DNA from: Spirulina sp.
GTDB lineage: Bacteria; Cyanobacteriota; Cyanobacteriia; Phormidesmidales; Phormidesmidaceae
Direction: 5' to 3'
NCBI GenBank assembly: GCA_044070495.1
Contig: JBIPSI010000005.1
Span: 1-64,000, forward strand
Length of the DNA: 64,000 nucleotides
In this document: one piece after another, positions 55,507 through 64,000 of the stretch
Numbering within the stretch: the stretch's first letter is position 1
Layout: each line of letters opens with the position of its first letter
Position numbers and translations under genes: made by a program
The notes under the pieces: model-generated
What the model was told of the DNA's origin: nothing
The model's input: only the letters and a program-made list of their open reading frames with translations
The model's database searches: none

Positions 55507-57989
55507 TCGACGGGCGACAACCTGCGCCACCGGCCCTTGTCCAAGATCGACTAGCGGCGGTGCTGCAAGCCGCGATGGATGCCCCTGGCAACGGGCCTCG
55601 GTTGCGGGCGGCGGGGCTGGTGGCGGCGTTCTTTGACGGGGTAGAACAACCTCAGCCATCCCAAGGCCGACCTGGAAACCCCCGATTTCCCGCCTACCCA
55701 ACCGTAGGGGCGAGGTCTCCTCGCCCGCTCATACCGGGGGTAAACCAGCCGAATTTACGATTAGTGGCGGATTGGGCAGAGCGATTCACTCAAATTCCGA
55801 TCCTCACCAAGGCGGAGATTCGTTCCCAACCCGGATTATTTTTGGCCTCGGTAGCTAGGATCGCCTATCGGGGCAGCACCAGCGGTAGCCGGGGCCAAGC
55901 CTACGAATTTTTTGCCGGGGCCGATTGGAACCAAGCCCGCATCCAGGCTCGTGAGCGAAGTTTAGCCTGGTGGGGCATTTCCCCAGCGGTACCAATTCTC
56001 AACCTAAACAGTCGGCTGATGCCTGGTCGGACGGGGGATCTGGCCCTAGGTGGCCCCCTTAGTACTGAAATGATGGCGGGGTTGGTGGAAAGCTTGCGCC
56101 ACACCCCCATGGCCCTGCGCGGCTACCCCAGCCGATTGTGCGAGGTGGCCTCTGAGTTAACCGAATCCTTGCCATCGGTGCGGGCTGTGATCTGCACGGG
56201 AGAGCCCCTGTTTGACCATCAGAAACACCTGTTAGAAGCGGTGTTTCAGGCTCCGGTAGTGAACGAGTATGGCTGCCACGAATCGGCGGCCTTTGGCATG
56301 ACCTGCCCAGAGGCGGGCCGCCTGCACCTCGACGAACACCGCTGTTTCTACGAAATTTTGGATCAACACCTGATCACCACGGATTTGTGGAACGAAACCA
56401 TACCGCTGGTTCGTTACCAAAGCGGCGATTTGGTGCAGCCCTACGCCACCCCCTGCCCCTGCGGTCGCCCTGGGCTAACGGTGGACATCCTAGGCCGCAT
56501 GGAGGATCGCGTCACCACCCTTAACGGCCTGGTGCCCACCGGAAACGTTCCCCTGCCGCCGCTGCCGGGGATTTCCCACTACCGCATCCAGCGGATAGCA
56601 CCGGGGCAAGTGTTGGCCTGGGCGAAACCTGCTTCGGAACAGTTGGTCAATCCGTCTCAACCTCAGGATGGCCTCGCATCCAAGCAGAATCCTCTCAACC
56701 CAAGTCGGCAGGATCCCAGATTTTCCGAAGCCCAAGAGAGCCTAAACACCTGGGTACAAGACACCTTTGGCCCCAGCCGCGTCGCCATTACCTGGGCCGA
56801 ATCTAGCTTGGCTGAATCCATTCCCCCCGCACCCTGGACGGATCAACAGTGGCAAACCGTAGTGACCCAGCAATCGTTGGGGGCTTGGTTGCAAACTGGG
56901 GCCATGCCCACCGGAGAAGCCCAGTCCATCGCCGCACTGCTAAAGGATTTAGTGAGTCCCACGGTGATTGGTCAGCCGTTGCCCTGGGTCATGCAGAAAA
57001 AAATTGCTGACCTCGTCGATAGGCCCCCCCTAGCCGATCCAGCCCTGGAAATTCTGCGATGGCGAGTCTTGCTGTTGGCAACGAGTGTGTTGCCCCAGTC
57101 CCAGGCTGAAACCCTCTATGGTCAGACCCTAGATCGGCTTCAGTCCATGCCCCTTCCTGCCTCCGCCTGGTTAGATAGCCTCATTCCCAGCCTGCACCTG
57201 CCTACCGAAATCACCGCCCTCGCCTGGGCCGATCTGATGGCTTCCCAGCGCCATAATTTTGGGGAGGTGTGGCCCCTCGATCCCCTCAACGCCCACCACC
57301 TACTCGCCGCCTTTGATGGGGTGATCCATCGCCAAGCACCCCCAAAACGTCCCCCTGTGGCCAAGGCTCTCACGCCCCTGCTGGCGGTTCTAGTAGGGGA
57401 TTTGCGTCAATGGGCCTCAGAATTTACCCCAGATCACCTGCTGCACTGGATCGCCCTCGTTCAGGGAAAAACACCTGTTGATCTAACGGATTCAGCCTCC
57501 ACAACATCCCTGGATACAGGCCACCTCAGTCCTTTTGCCAAGGCTTGGCTAACCTGGCGACAGCGCCTTATTCAGGGTTCCTCAGGCCTGACTTGTGACT
57601 CAGCCCTAGAGCAGGATTGGCACACCCTCAAAGCGGCGACCCCAGCCGGTCAGCAAGCCCGCCTTTGGATCGAGTGGGGCTATGGTCAACGGGTGCAGGG
57701 GCAAGCCCTCGATCCGGCCCAGTGGCTCCCCATCCTAGACACCCACATACCGGGATGGCTGGATCCAGCCCAGTCCCCCCCAGCGGGCATCACCCCCTGG
57801 TTGCCCATTGTGCAAGCCTTGGCCCAGCCCCTTCACCGTCAGGGACAGGTGGAGTTGGCCTATCGCTGTTTGCAGGTGGCGGCCCTGGCTCCTCGGCAAT
57901 CAATGGCCTTTGCGGCGTTGACCCAGCACTACAACACAAAGCAAGCCGTCCTGGTGGATTTGCTGCCCTGGCAGGGGGCCGAGGGATGA
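55503..57989 (+). CDS. Phenylacetate-CoA ligase/CapK-like adenylate-forming enzyme with long C-terminal extension
   Basis: IPILTK, STSGSRG, GYPS, TGEPL, NEYGCHE, LVRYQSGD, CPCGR, GRMED. Confidence 0.78.
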   Translation: MIDGRQPAPPALVQDRLAAVLQAAMDAPGNGPRLRAAGLVAAFFDGVEQPQPSQGRPGNPRFPAYPTVGARSPRPLIPGVNQPNLRLVADWAERFTQIPILTKAEIRSQPGLFLASVARIAYRGSTSGSRGQAYEFFAGADWNQARIQARERSLAWWGISPAVPILNLNSRLMPGRTGDLALGGPLSTEMMAGLVESLRHTPMALRGYPSRLCEVASELTESLPSVRAVICTGEPLFDHQKHLLEAVFQAPVVNEYGCHESAAFGMTCPEAGRLHLDEHRCFYEILDQHLITTDLWNETIPLVRYQSGDLVQPYATPCPCGRPGLTVDILGRMEDRVTTLNGLVPTGNVPLPPLPGISHYRIQRIAPGQVLAWAKPASEQLVNPSQPQDGLASKQNPLNPSRQDPRFSEAQESLNTWVQDTFGPSRVAITWAESSLAESIPPAPWTDQQWQTVVTQQSLGAWLQTGAMPTGEAQSIAALLKDLVSPTVIGQPLPWVMQKKIADLVDRPPLADPALEILRWRVLLLATSVLPQSQAETLYGQTLDRLQSMPLPASAWLDSLIPSLHLPTEITALAWADLMASQRHNFGEVWPLDPLNAHHLLAAFDGVIHRQAPPKRPPVAKALTPLLAVLVGDLRQWASEFTPDHLLHWIALVQGKTPVDLTDSASTTSLDTGHLSPFAKAWLTWRQRLIQGSSGLTCDSALEQDWHTLKAATPAGQQARLWIEWGYGQRVQGQALDPAQWLPILDTHIPGWLDPAQSPPAGITPWLPIVQALAQPLHRQGQVELAYRCLQVAALAPRQSMAFAALTQHYNTKQAVLVDLLPWQGAEG

Positions 57990-59440
57990 CCGTGACTTCG
58001 ACCGTGACTTCGACCGTGACCTCAACAGAGCCGTTGCTGATTCTGGACGGTCGCTTTGTGTCAGCGGAAATGGTGGCGGCAGCGATGGCTAAACGTCCGC
58101 CAGACCTGCCTAACCATCGGTGGGTGGTGCTGGTATCGGGGGATTTTTCTGAGGATTTTTCTTGGGATTGTGGAAGGGTGAGGTTCTTGTCGGAGAGGGA
58201 TCTGGGTGGTGCATTCGCAAAGCAATGCACCCTACGGGGGTGGGTAGGGTATGGGGTGTTGGGGGAGGATGGGGGGTGGCCGTTTGGGGGGTTGCCTTGG
58301 CCAACGGAGGATTTCGTCCACGTTGACATGGGTTACCTGGCTCCCTGGTTGCCATCGCCTGGGTTTCCGAAAGAAACGGCCCAGGCTAGTCCTGAGGCTT
58401 CTACAGCCTGGATTGCTTCTACGGACTTGGTGCAGGCTGGTTTGACGGAGTTGCCTGGGGATCGCCCGTGGTCGCTGATGGATTTAGCGGAACGCCTGGA
58501 ACGGCGTCGGATTCTTTTTTCTTGGCGGGTTTGGGCCGGGGGCACAGAATCCTTGACGCCCTCCTCGGCAAAATCCTTGACGAAAGCTTGGCCAGACACC
58601 CCCACCCGCCCGCCACCCACCCACCCATCACCCCACCACCCCGCCACCCTTCTCGCCACCGTTCTCGCCATCGTGCCCCACTACCGCTGCGAACCCTGGC
58701 TGCGGCGTTGCTTGGCTGCCTTGGTCAACCAAACCCGCCCCCCCGATGGCATTGTGGTGGTGGACGATGGTTCCCCCCTGCCGCCAGCGGAGATTGTGGC
58801 CGAGTTCCCCACCGTGACCCTGCTGACCGCCCCTGCCACCGTTGGCCCCTACCGATTGGTGCAGCAGGTCATCCAAGACACCCATTACGACTATTACCTG
58901 TTCCAAGATGCCGATGATTGGTCGTTTTCGGAACGCCTTGCCCAGTTGTTAGCCGTTGCCGAACACACCCAGGCCGACCTAATCGGCACCCAAGAACTGC
59001 GCTGGGAATGCGAACCGGGTCGCCTTTTGCCCGTCCACTATCCCCTAGACGTGAACCTCGCCCTGGCGGAAAAACCGGGACACCCCCTGCTACACCCCAC
59101 CAGCCTGGTACGGCGGCAGTTGGTGATGGCGGTGGGAGGCTTTGCCACGGGCCTGCGCTTTGGCGGCGATACAGAATTTCTGCTGCGGGCCGCCTGGGTG
59201 GGGCGCATCCTCAACCTGCCCAGCTACGGCTATCTACGCCAAAAACGGCCCCACTCCCTCACCACCGATCCCCAAACGGGCCTAGATTCCCCCGCTCGCC
59301 AAGCCCTGCTAAAAGCCCTCAAACAACGCGCCCACCAAAACCGCACTGCCCACCGTCAGGGGCTTCCCCTTGACCTTAGCCCCCTCTGCCAAGCGCCCCC
59401 GATCCGCCTTCAGCACCACGCTGGCCCTGCCTTACCATGA
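57986..59440 (+). CDS. Glycosyltransferase family 2
   Basis: IVPHY, VVDDGS, FQDADD, GGDTEF; ATG 57986 overlaps the upstream stop. Confidence 0.82.
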   Translation: MTVTSTVTSTVTSTEPLLILDGRFVSAEMVAAAMAKRPPDLPNHRWVVLVSGDFSEDFSWDCGRVRFLSERDLGGAFAKQCTLRGWVGYGVLGEDGGWPFGGLPWPTEDFVHVDMGYLAPWLPSPGFPKETAQASPEASTAWIASTDLVQAGLTELPGDRPWSLMDLAERLERRRILFSWRVWAGGTESLTPSSAKSLTKAWPDTPTRPPPTHPSPHHPATLLATVLAIVPHYRCEPWLRRCLAALVNQTRPPDGIVVVDDGSPLPPAEIVAEFPTVTLLTAPATVGPYRLVQQVIQDTHYDYYLFQDADDWSFSERLAQLLAVAEHTQADLIGTQELRWECEPGRLLPVHYPLDVNLALAEKPGHPLLHPTSLVRRQLVMAVGGFATGLRFGGDTEFLLRAAWVGRILNLPSYGYLRQKRPHSLTTDPQTGLDSPARQALLKALKQRAHQNRTAHRQGLPLDLSPLCQAPPIRLQHHAGPALP

Positions 59441-60318
59441 CCCCCATGCTCGACATCATCATTCCGCTCAAAGATCGTCCGGTAGCAGCCTGTGTGGAGT
59501 CTCTGTGGCGGAGTTTGGTGAATTGGAATGCGGGTACCTATCGGATTTGGCTGTGTGATGGCGGATCTACCCAGCCCGAAGTCGTCGATACCCTGGCCCA
59601 TCTGGCCAATGGGGACAGGGTGACGGTGTTGTCTCGGCTCGATTCTGGATTCAACAAAGCGGCGTTGATGAACGAGGGCCTGCGCCACGCCCAGGCGGAA
59701 ACGGTGCTGGTATCGGATGCGGATATTCTGTGGAATGAAGCGGCCCTTGAGTCCGTGCTGACTGTCCTGGATGCAACCCCAACGGCCCTCTGCCACATCG
59801 CCCAGGTGAACGAAACGGAACCGCAAACGACGGCTTTATCACGACCTCGCTACGGCTACCGTCTGAAAACGACAGCCCAGGGGCTAGCGGTCATTGTGGA
59901 ACAGGTTGCCCCTCGGCCCGATCACCGTCCGGGCTGTGGCTTGGTGGCGGCAAGGCGGGAGACCTGGCAAACACTTGGGGGCTACAAGGAACAGTTCCAT
60001 GGCTGGGGCTGGGAGGATCAAGACTTGCTGATGCGGGCGGAATTGTTGGGGATTCCCCTGCGGGCGGCGGGTTGCGTGTTACATCAGTCCCATGCTGACG
60101 CTCTGCGCAACCCCTTCCATGGACATCAACCTCCGCAAGCCACCCGTGACTTAAACCTGTTGCGGTGCCTAGAGGGTCTGCAACGGGGCGACCTGTGGGG
60201 CGATCTTGGCAATTCCGGTGATTCCATCCAGACAAGACGGCCCCCCATCCAGGCCGCTATCCGGGTAGATTTGCCTCCCGACTTGGCCCGTTTCCTGGAA
60301 GGTCTGTCATCGCCGTAG
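59437..60318 (+). CDS. Glycosyltransferase family 2 (GT7-like C-terminus)
   Basis: DGGS, FNKA..N.G, SDAD, GGY.E.F.GWGWED. Confidence 0.85.
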   Translation: MTPMLDIIIPLKDRPVAACVESLWRSLVNWNAGTYRIWLCDGGSTQPEVVDTLAHLANGDRVTVLSRLDSGFNKAALMNEGLRHAQAETVLVSDADILWNEAALESVLTVLDATPTALCHIAQVNETEPQTTALSRPRYGYRLKTTAQGLAVIVEQVAPRPDHRPGCGLVAARRETWQTLGGYKEQFHGWGWEDQDLLMRAELLGIPLRAAGCVLHQSHADALRNPFHGHQPPQATRDLNLLRCLEGLQRGDLWGDLGNSGDSIQTRRPPIQAAIRVDLPPDLARFLEGLSSP

Positions 60319-60320
60319 GT

Positions 60321-60818
60321 TTACCCTTGGGCGGGGGCTACGGCCTCAGCCAAAGCCTGGTTTACCAACGCCTTCGCCTTTTCGTCCAGGGCAATCCAGT
60401 CGATTTCGCCATCTTCCATCACCAAGGACGCATCCGTGGTGGCGGGTTGAGCCGGATCGTAGTCCTCGCAGCAGAGGCGAAAGCAGAGTTCCCACACATC
60501 CAGCGTGGCGATGCGTTCCCCTTGAGTGAGGCGCAGGTGGTAGATCGGGGTGGGGGTGGGCAGTTGGGCGAGGGCCTGCTCGATCTGGGCGGTGGCCTCG
60601 GCGTCGGCCTTGGCCTCACCGAGCTGGGCCGAGAGATCCGCGACCCGTTGCTTTTGATCATCGGTGGTGCCCTCTATCCAGGCCAGGGTTTGGGTGTATT
60701 CGCTCTGCCAGTCTAGGGTTTCGGTGGCCTTGCGCAGGTTGTCGATGATGCGAATTAGGCAAGGCTGCATCAGGTGATGGGCTAGGGCATAGTCGCGGTC
60801 GGTGGCAAAGGTCAGCAT
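60321..60818 (-). CDS. Conserved cyanobacterial hypothetical protein
   Basis: LMQPCLIRIIDNLRK, DVWELCF, IDW..LDEKA. Confidence 0.7.
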   Translation of the reverse strand: MLTFATDRDYALAHHLMQPCLIRIIDNLRKATETLDWQSEYTQTLAWIEGTTDDQKQRVADLSAQLGEAKADAEATAQIEQALAQLPTPTPIYHLRLTQGERIATLDVWELCFRLCCEDYDPAQPATTDASLVMEDGEIDWIALDEKAKALVNQALAEAVAPAQG

Positions 60819-60884
60819 GGTAGGGAAAGCTCAGGGAAACAACGGGGTTAGCAATGACAGAACCGGGTTATTACGGAGTCTCTA

Positions 60885-60982
60885 TTGGCCCTCACCCCCA
60901 GCCCCTCTCCCAAGGAGGAGAGGGGAGCTAGAAGGTTCAAAGTCCCTCTCCCCACGGGAGAGGGATTTAGGGTGAGGGCCAA
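60885..60982. repeat. Palindromic REP-like element (CCCTCACCCC..CCCTCTCCC..GGGAGAGGG..GGGTGAGGG)
   Basis: Outer arms TTGGCCCTCACCC/GGGTGAGGGCCAA with two internal hairpins. Confidence 0.75.
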
Positions 60983-61047
60983 ATCTCGGTAAAAGAGCAG
61001 GTTTGTAACCTAGTGAGTCTAGCAATCAGGGATCCTGGGGGCGAAAT

Positions 61048-62523
61048 CTAGGGGCGAATCACCTTCAGGGTGGCGAGGCTGGGGTCGCTGGCCCCGGTGA
61101 CGTAGCCGCCCTGTTGGTAAACGGTGGTGAGGTGGGCGATGGCGGCGGGGGTAATTTCCTCGCCCGCGAACAGGGTGGGGATGCCGGGGGGATAGGCCGC
61201 TAGGGTTTCGGCACTGAGGTGGCCTAGGGCTTCGGCGGCGGGTAGGGTGGCGGTGGGGGCAAAGAAGGCTTCGCGGGGCGACATCGGGGGCAGGGTGAAG
61301 GGGTGTGGGGTAGGGGGTAGGGGGGCAGGATTGTGGGGGAATGAGGATTGCGGGGTGGTGAGGGTGGTGAGGTGGCGGAATCCGGCTAGGCAGCGATCTT
61401 CATCGGCAGGGGTATTGCCGAGGCTAACGATTAGGGTGAGGTGGTGCAGTTCCGGTAGTTCCACGGTCACGCCTTGGGTTTCGTGGAGGATTTCGTCGGC
61501 CTCTAGCCCGGTCATGCCCAGGTCAGTTACGTCCACGGTAATGCGCGTTAGATCAAGGGCTTGCACACTGGCGTAGGGGGTTACGTCCTGGGGAGAAACC
61601 ACCCGCACCCCCGGCAGTTGGGCTAACTTATCCCGCAGATTTTGGGCAAGGGCGAGGGTGTCGGTTAGCAGGGCCTTGCCCTCGGTGGCCATTTGGTGAC
61701 GGGCGGCATCGAGGGAGGCTAGCAGCAGGTAGTTGGGGCTGGTGGATTGGGTGATCTGAAGGGCGGCCTGGAGCCGTTCTCGGTCAATCCGTTCCCCCTG
61801 AATATGGAGCATGGAGGCTTGGCTGAGGGCCGCTAACACCTTGTGGGTAGACTGCACCACCAGGTCGGCCCCCTGGCGCAGGGCGGGGGTGGGCAGGTGG
61901 GGATGGAAGGCAAAGTGGGGGCCATGGGCCTCGTCCACCAGCAGCGGGATGCCGTGGGCGTGGGCTAGGTCGGCCAAGGCATCTAAATGGGAGCAAATCC
62001 CGTGGTAGGTGGGCGACACCACCAGCACCGCCCGCGCATCGGGGTGGTGGGCTAGGGCTGTCTCAACATCTTCGACCCGCAACCCCAGGGTGAGGCCCAG
62101 GTCGGGGGCATACTCTGGCTCCACAAACACCGGACGCGCCCCCGCCAGCACCAGCCCCGCGATTACCGAGCGGTGGACATTGCGCGGCAGGATGATTTTG
62201 TCCCCCGGATTGCACACCGTCAAAATGGCGGATTCTAGGCCACAGGTGGAGCCATTGGCCAAAAACCAGGTTTGCTCGGCCCCAAAGGTACCCGCCGCTA
62301 AGCGTTGGGCCTCCAGAATCACGCCCTCCGGCGCAAACAGGTTATCCAACTCCGTCAGTTCCGGCAGATCGGCCCGCAAAGCCCCTTCCCCCAGCAGATC
62401 CCGTAGGCCAGCCGGGGCACCTTGGCCGCGCTTGTGGCCGGGGGTATAGAAAGCCGCATGGGGCCGCTGGGCACAGTCCCTAAGGGCCGTCAGCAGAGGG
62501 GTCTGGGTGTGGTCGAGGGGCAT
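61048..62523 (-). CDS. Orn/Lys/Arg decarboxylase (PLP, fold type I)
   Basis: FYTPGHK, NGST, RNVHRS, VDEAHG, QSTHK, TSPNY, YPPGIP. Confidence 0.9.
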   Translation of the reverse strand: MPLDHTQTPLLTALRDCAQRPHAAFYTPGHKRGQGAPAGLRDLLGEGALRADLPELTELDNLFAPEGVILEAQRLAAGTFGAEQTWFLANGSTCGLESAILTVCNPGDKIILPRNVHRSVIAGLVLAGARPVFVEPEYAPDLGLTLGLRVEDVETALAHHPDARAVLVVSPTYHGICSHLDALADLAHAHGIPLLVDEAHGPHFAFHPHLPTPALRQGADLVVQSTHKVLAALSQASMLHIQGERIDRERLQAALQITQSTSPNYLLLASLDAARHQMATEGKALLTDTLALAQNLRDKLAQLPGVRVVSPQDVTPYASVQALDLTRITVDVTDLGMTGLEADEILHETQGVTVELPELHHLTLIVSLGNTPADEDRCLAGFRHLTTLTTPQSSFPHNPAPLPPTPHPFTLPPMSPREAFFAPTATLPAAEALGHLSAETLAAYPPGIPTLFAGEEITPAAIAHLTTVYQQGGYVTGASDPSLATLKVIRP

Positions 62524-62559
62524 ACTGGGCGGGGATTCTGGATGGGCTAGCGTGGTGGG

Positions 62560-64000
62560 CTAATTGGTTTTGGCGGGGGGTGGTTCGGGGCTAGTATCGG
62601 TCACGTTGTCGGCCCCCACGGTCAGGCTAAAGGGAATGGTTTCCCCACTTTGGGACACCACCACAATTTCGTAGTAGCCCGACTGGGGCAGTTCTCCGGC
62701 CCAGGTGTTTTGGGCGGCGCTGGCCAGAATGTGGGGCAGTTCCGGCGTGGGCACCGGCACGTAGAGGGACAGGCGAGTGCTATCGGGCGGGGCCTGGAGG
62801 TTAATCCGCATCAGTTGGCCCTGGCGCAGGTTGAGGATATACACATGGCCGTCGCCGGGGGAAAAGTTACCCGTGACCTGATGGTCAAAGCGATCCGGCT
62901 CAAAGCGAATTTCCGTTAGGGCTTCGCCGCTGGTGATGGCGGTGACGCGATCCTGAGCCAGGGCCAGCCAGATTTGATCCACCGGGGTTTCCACAAAGCC
63001 CTGCTGGGTGCGCCCCGGAAAAAGCGTCTGAAACCGAGCGTTGGCCAGGTCTTCCATGGCCTTGCTGCTGACGTAGCGTTCGTTCACCTGGCGCTGCCAC
63101 CGTTCTCGGTCGGTGGGGTTGTAGCGCCCCAGTTTGGCCCTCGCCTCTGGGCTGAGGTGGGTTTCCACTAAATCGAGGTTGGCTGTGGCGATGGCGTCCC
63201 AGTCCTCCCGCAGGGCGGCATCCTGGGGTTGATCGGTGAGCTGGGTACCCTGCAAGCTGGGGTTTTGCTCAAAGAAAAACTGATCGGTGAGGCTGACCAA
63301 GTAAGCCCAATCTACCCCCAGAGCCGAGGCCCGATCTCGGATCGCCTGCTTGCGGGCCTGTTCTGCCTCGCTGAGGTTGGGGTTGGCGGCATTATTTCCC
63401 CCAGGGTTGACGGCCCCCGAATTGCGCCAGTCCAACGGGTCGAGCCACCAGCCCAAGCCCACCGCCACCCCCAGCACCAGGGCCATGGCCGCTAGGGCCG
63501 ATCCACACCCCGCCCCCGACCGCTGGGAAACCTTGGTGGGGCGGGGCGGCGGCGGCACGGTGTAGGTGGGGTCGGGGTAGGCCGCATTGCCGTAGGCCGC
63601 GTTTTGCTCCGATGGATAAACCGGGGCGGCAGTGGGGTAGGCCAGGTTTTGGCTGGCTGATTTGGGGGACGGACGACGGGCCACGGCCACGGTGGGGGGC
63701 GGTTCTGGCGGCGGTGGGACGATGGGCTGCATTCGCACGGGCAGGGATGTCTCTTCCGGTGGGGCGGCACCCGCAGGATTAGCCAGGTTTAATGCCGCCA
63801 TCACCTGCCTTGCCGAGGTGGGCCGCTGGGCCGGATCCATAGCCACCATTTGTTCTAATACCTGCCGCAGCCGATCCGACACCTCCAGGTGCGGTGGCCA
63901 GTCCCAGCGTTTCCGGCGGTCGTCGTAGAGGTTCTCTGGATCCTTGCCCGTTAGCAGCACCATGGCCGTCATGCCAAGGGCGTAGAGATCATCCGACGGG
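62560..64000 (-). CDS. Membrane Ser/Thr kinase, C-terminal part (5' end outside window)
   Basis: DLYALGMTAMVLLTG..RP.SA kinase C-lobe, TM helix, extracellular domain. Confidence 0.8.
   Translation of the reverse strand, partial: PSDDLYALGMTAMVLLTGKDPENLYDDRRKRWDWPPHLEVSDRLRQVLEQMVAMDPAQRPTSARQVMAALNLANPAGAAPPEETSLPVRMQPIVPPPPEPPPTVAVARRPSPKSASQNLAYPTAAPVYPSEQNAAYGNAAYPDPTYTVPPPPRPTKVSQRSGAGCGSALAAMALVLGVAVGLGWWLDPLDWRNSGAVNPGGNNAANPNLSEAEQARKQAIRDRASALGVDWAYLVSLTDQFFFEQNPSLQGTQLTDQPQDAALREDWDAIATANLDLVETHLSPEARAKLGRYNPTDRERWQRQVNERYVSSKAMEDLANARFQTLFPGRTQQGFVETPVDQIWLALAQDRVTAITSGEALTEIRFEPDRFDHQVTGNFSPGDGHVYILNLRQGQLMRINLQAPPDSTRLSLYVPVPTPELPHILASAAQNTWAGELPQSGYYEIVVVSQSGETIPFSLTVGADNVTDTSPEPPPAKTN

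Noticed and set aside
57617..57985. N-terminal extension of the 607-aa GT2 ORF
   Set aside because: Overlaps the ligase gene; the ATGA-coupled start at 57986 is more plausible.

Overview
Cyanobacterial chromosomal window (ndhM, chlP, btpA, VKOR-Trx, lrtA/hpf). Its centre is a complete ~19.5 kb type V-K CRISPR-associated transposon (CAST; 30006-49533): tnsB-tnsC-tniQ, cas12k, tracrRNA, a 3-spacer array, and a delocalized homing mini-spacer. That spacer targets the adjacent tRNA-Gly(TCC), with a GTG PAM exactly 60 bp from the transposon end. The cargo is the most unusual part. A BREX/DUF499-like operon encodes a P-loop ATPase, a PglZ-like protein, a Zn-ribbon DNA methyltransferase, a small accessory protein and a SNF2 helicase fused to a C-terminal XRE HTH, followed by a HEXXH metallopeptidase. 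It is transcribed divergently from a coiled-coil PD-(D/E)XK-like nuclease gene whose sigma70-like promoter is covered by three TTGA-N8-TCAA operators. The usual cvkR regulator gene is absent. Left of the CAST is an older island with a tyrosine-integrase pseudogene, an NLR-like STAND-TPR gene and a dense, partly decayed toxin-antitoxin cluster punctuated by a palindromic repeat family. Elsewhere: dndE with a convergent DndC-like gene, a glutamine (glnA-type) riboswitch plus NtcA box in front of an uncharacterised gene, several MITE/REP families, and housekeeping genes. All calls come from motif recognition by eye; no database searches were run.
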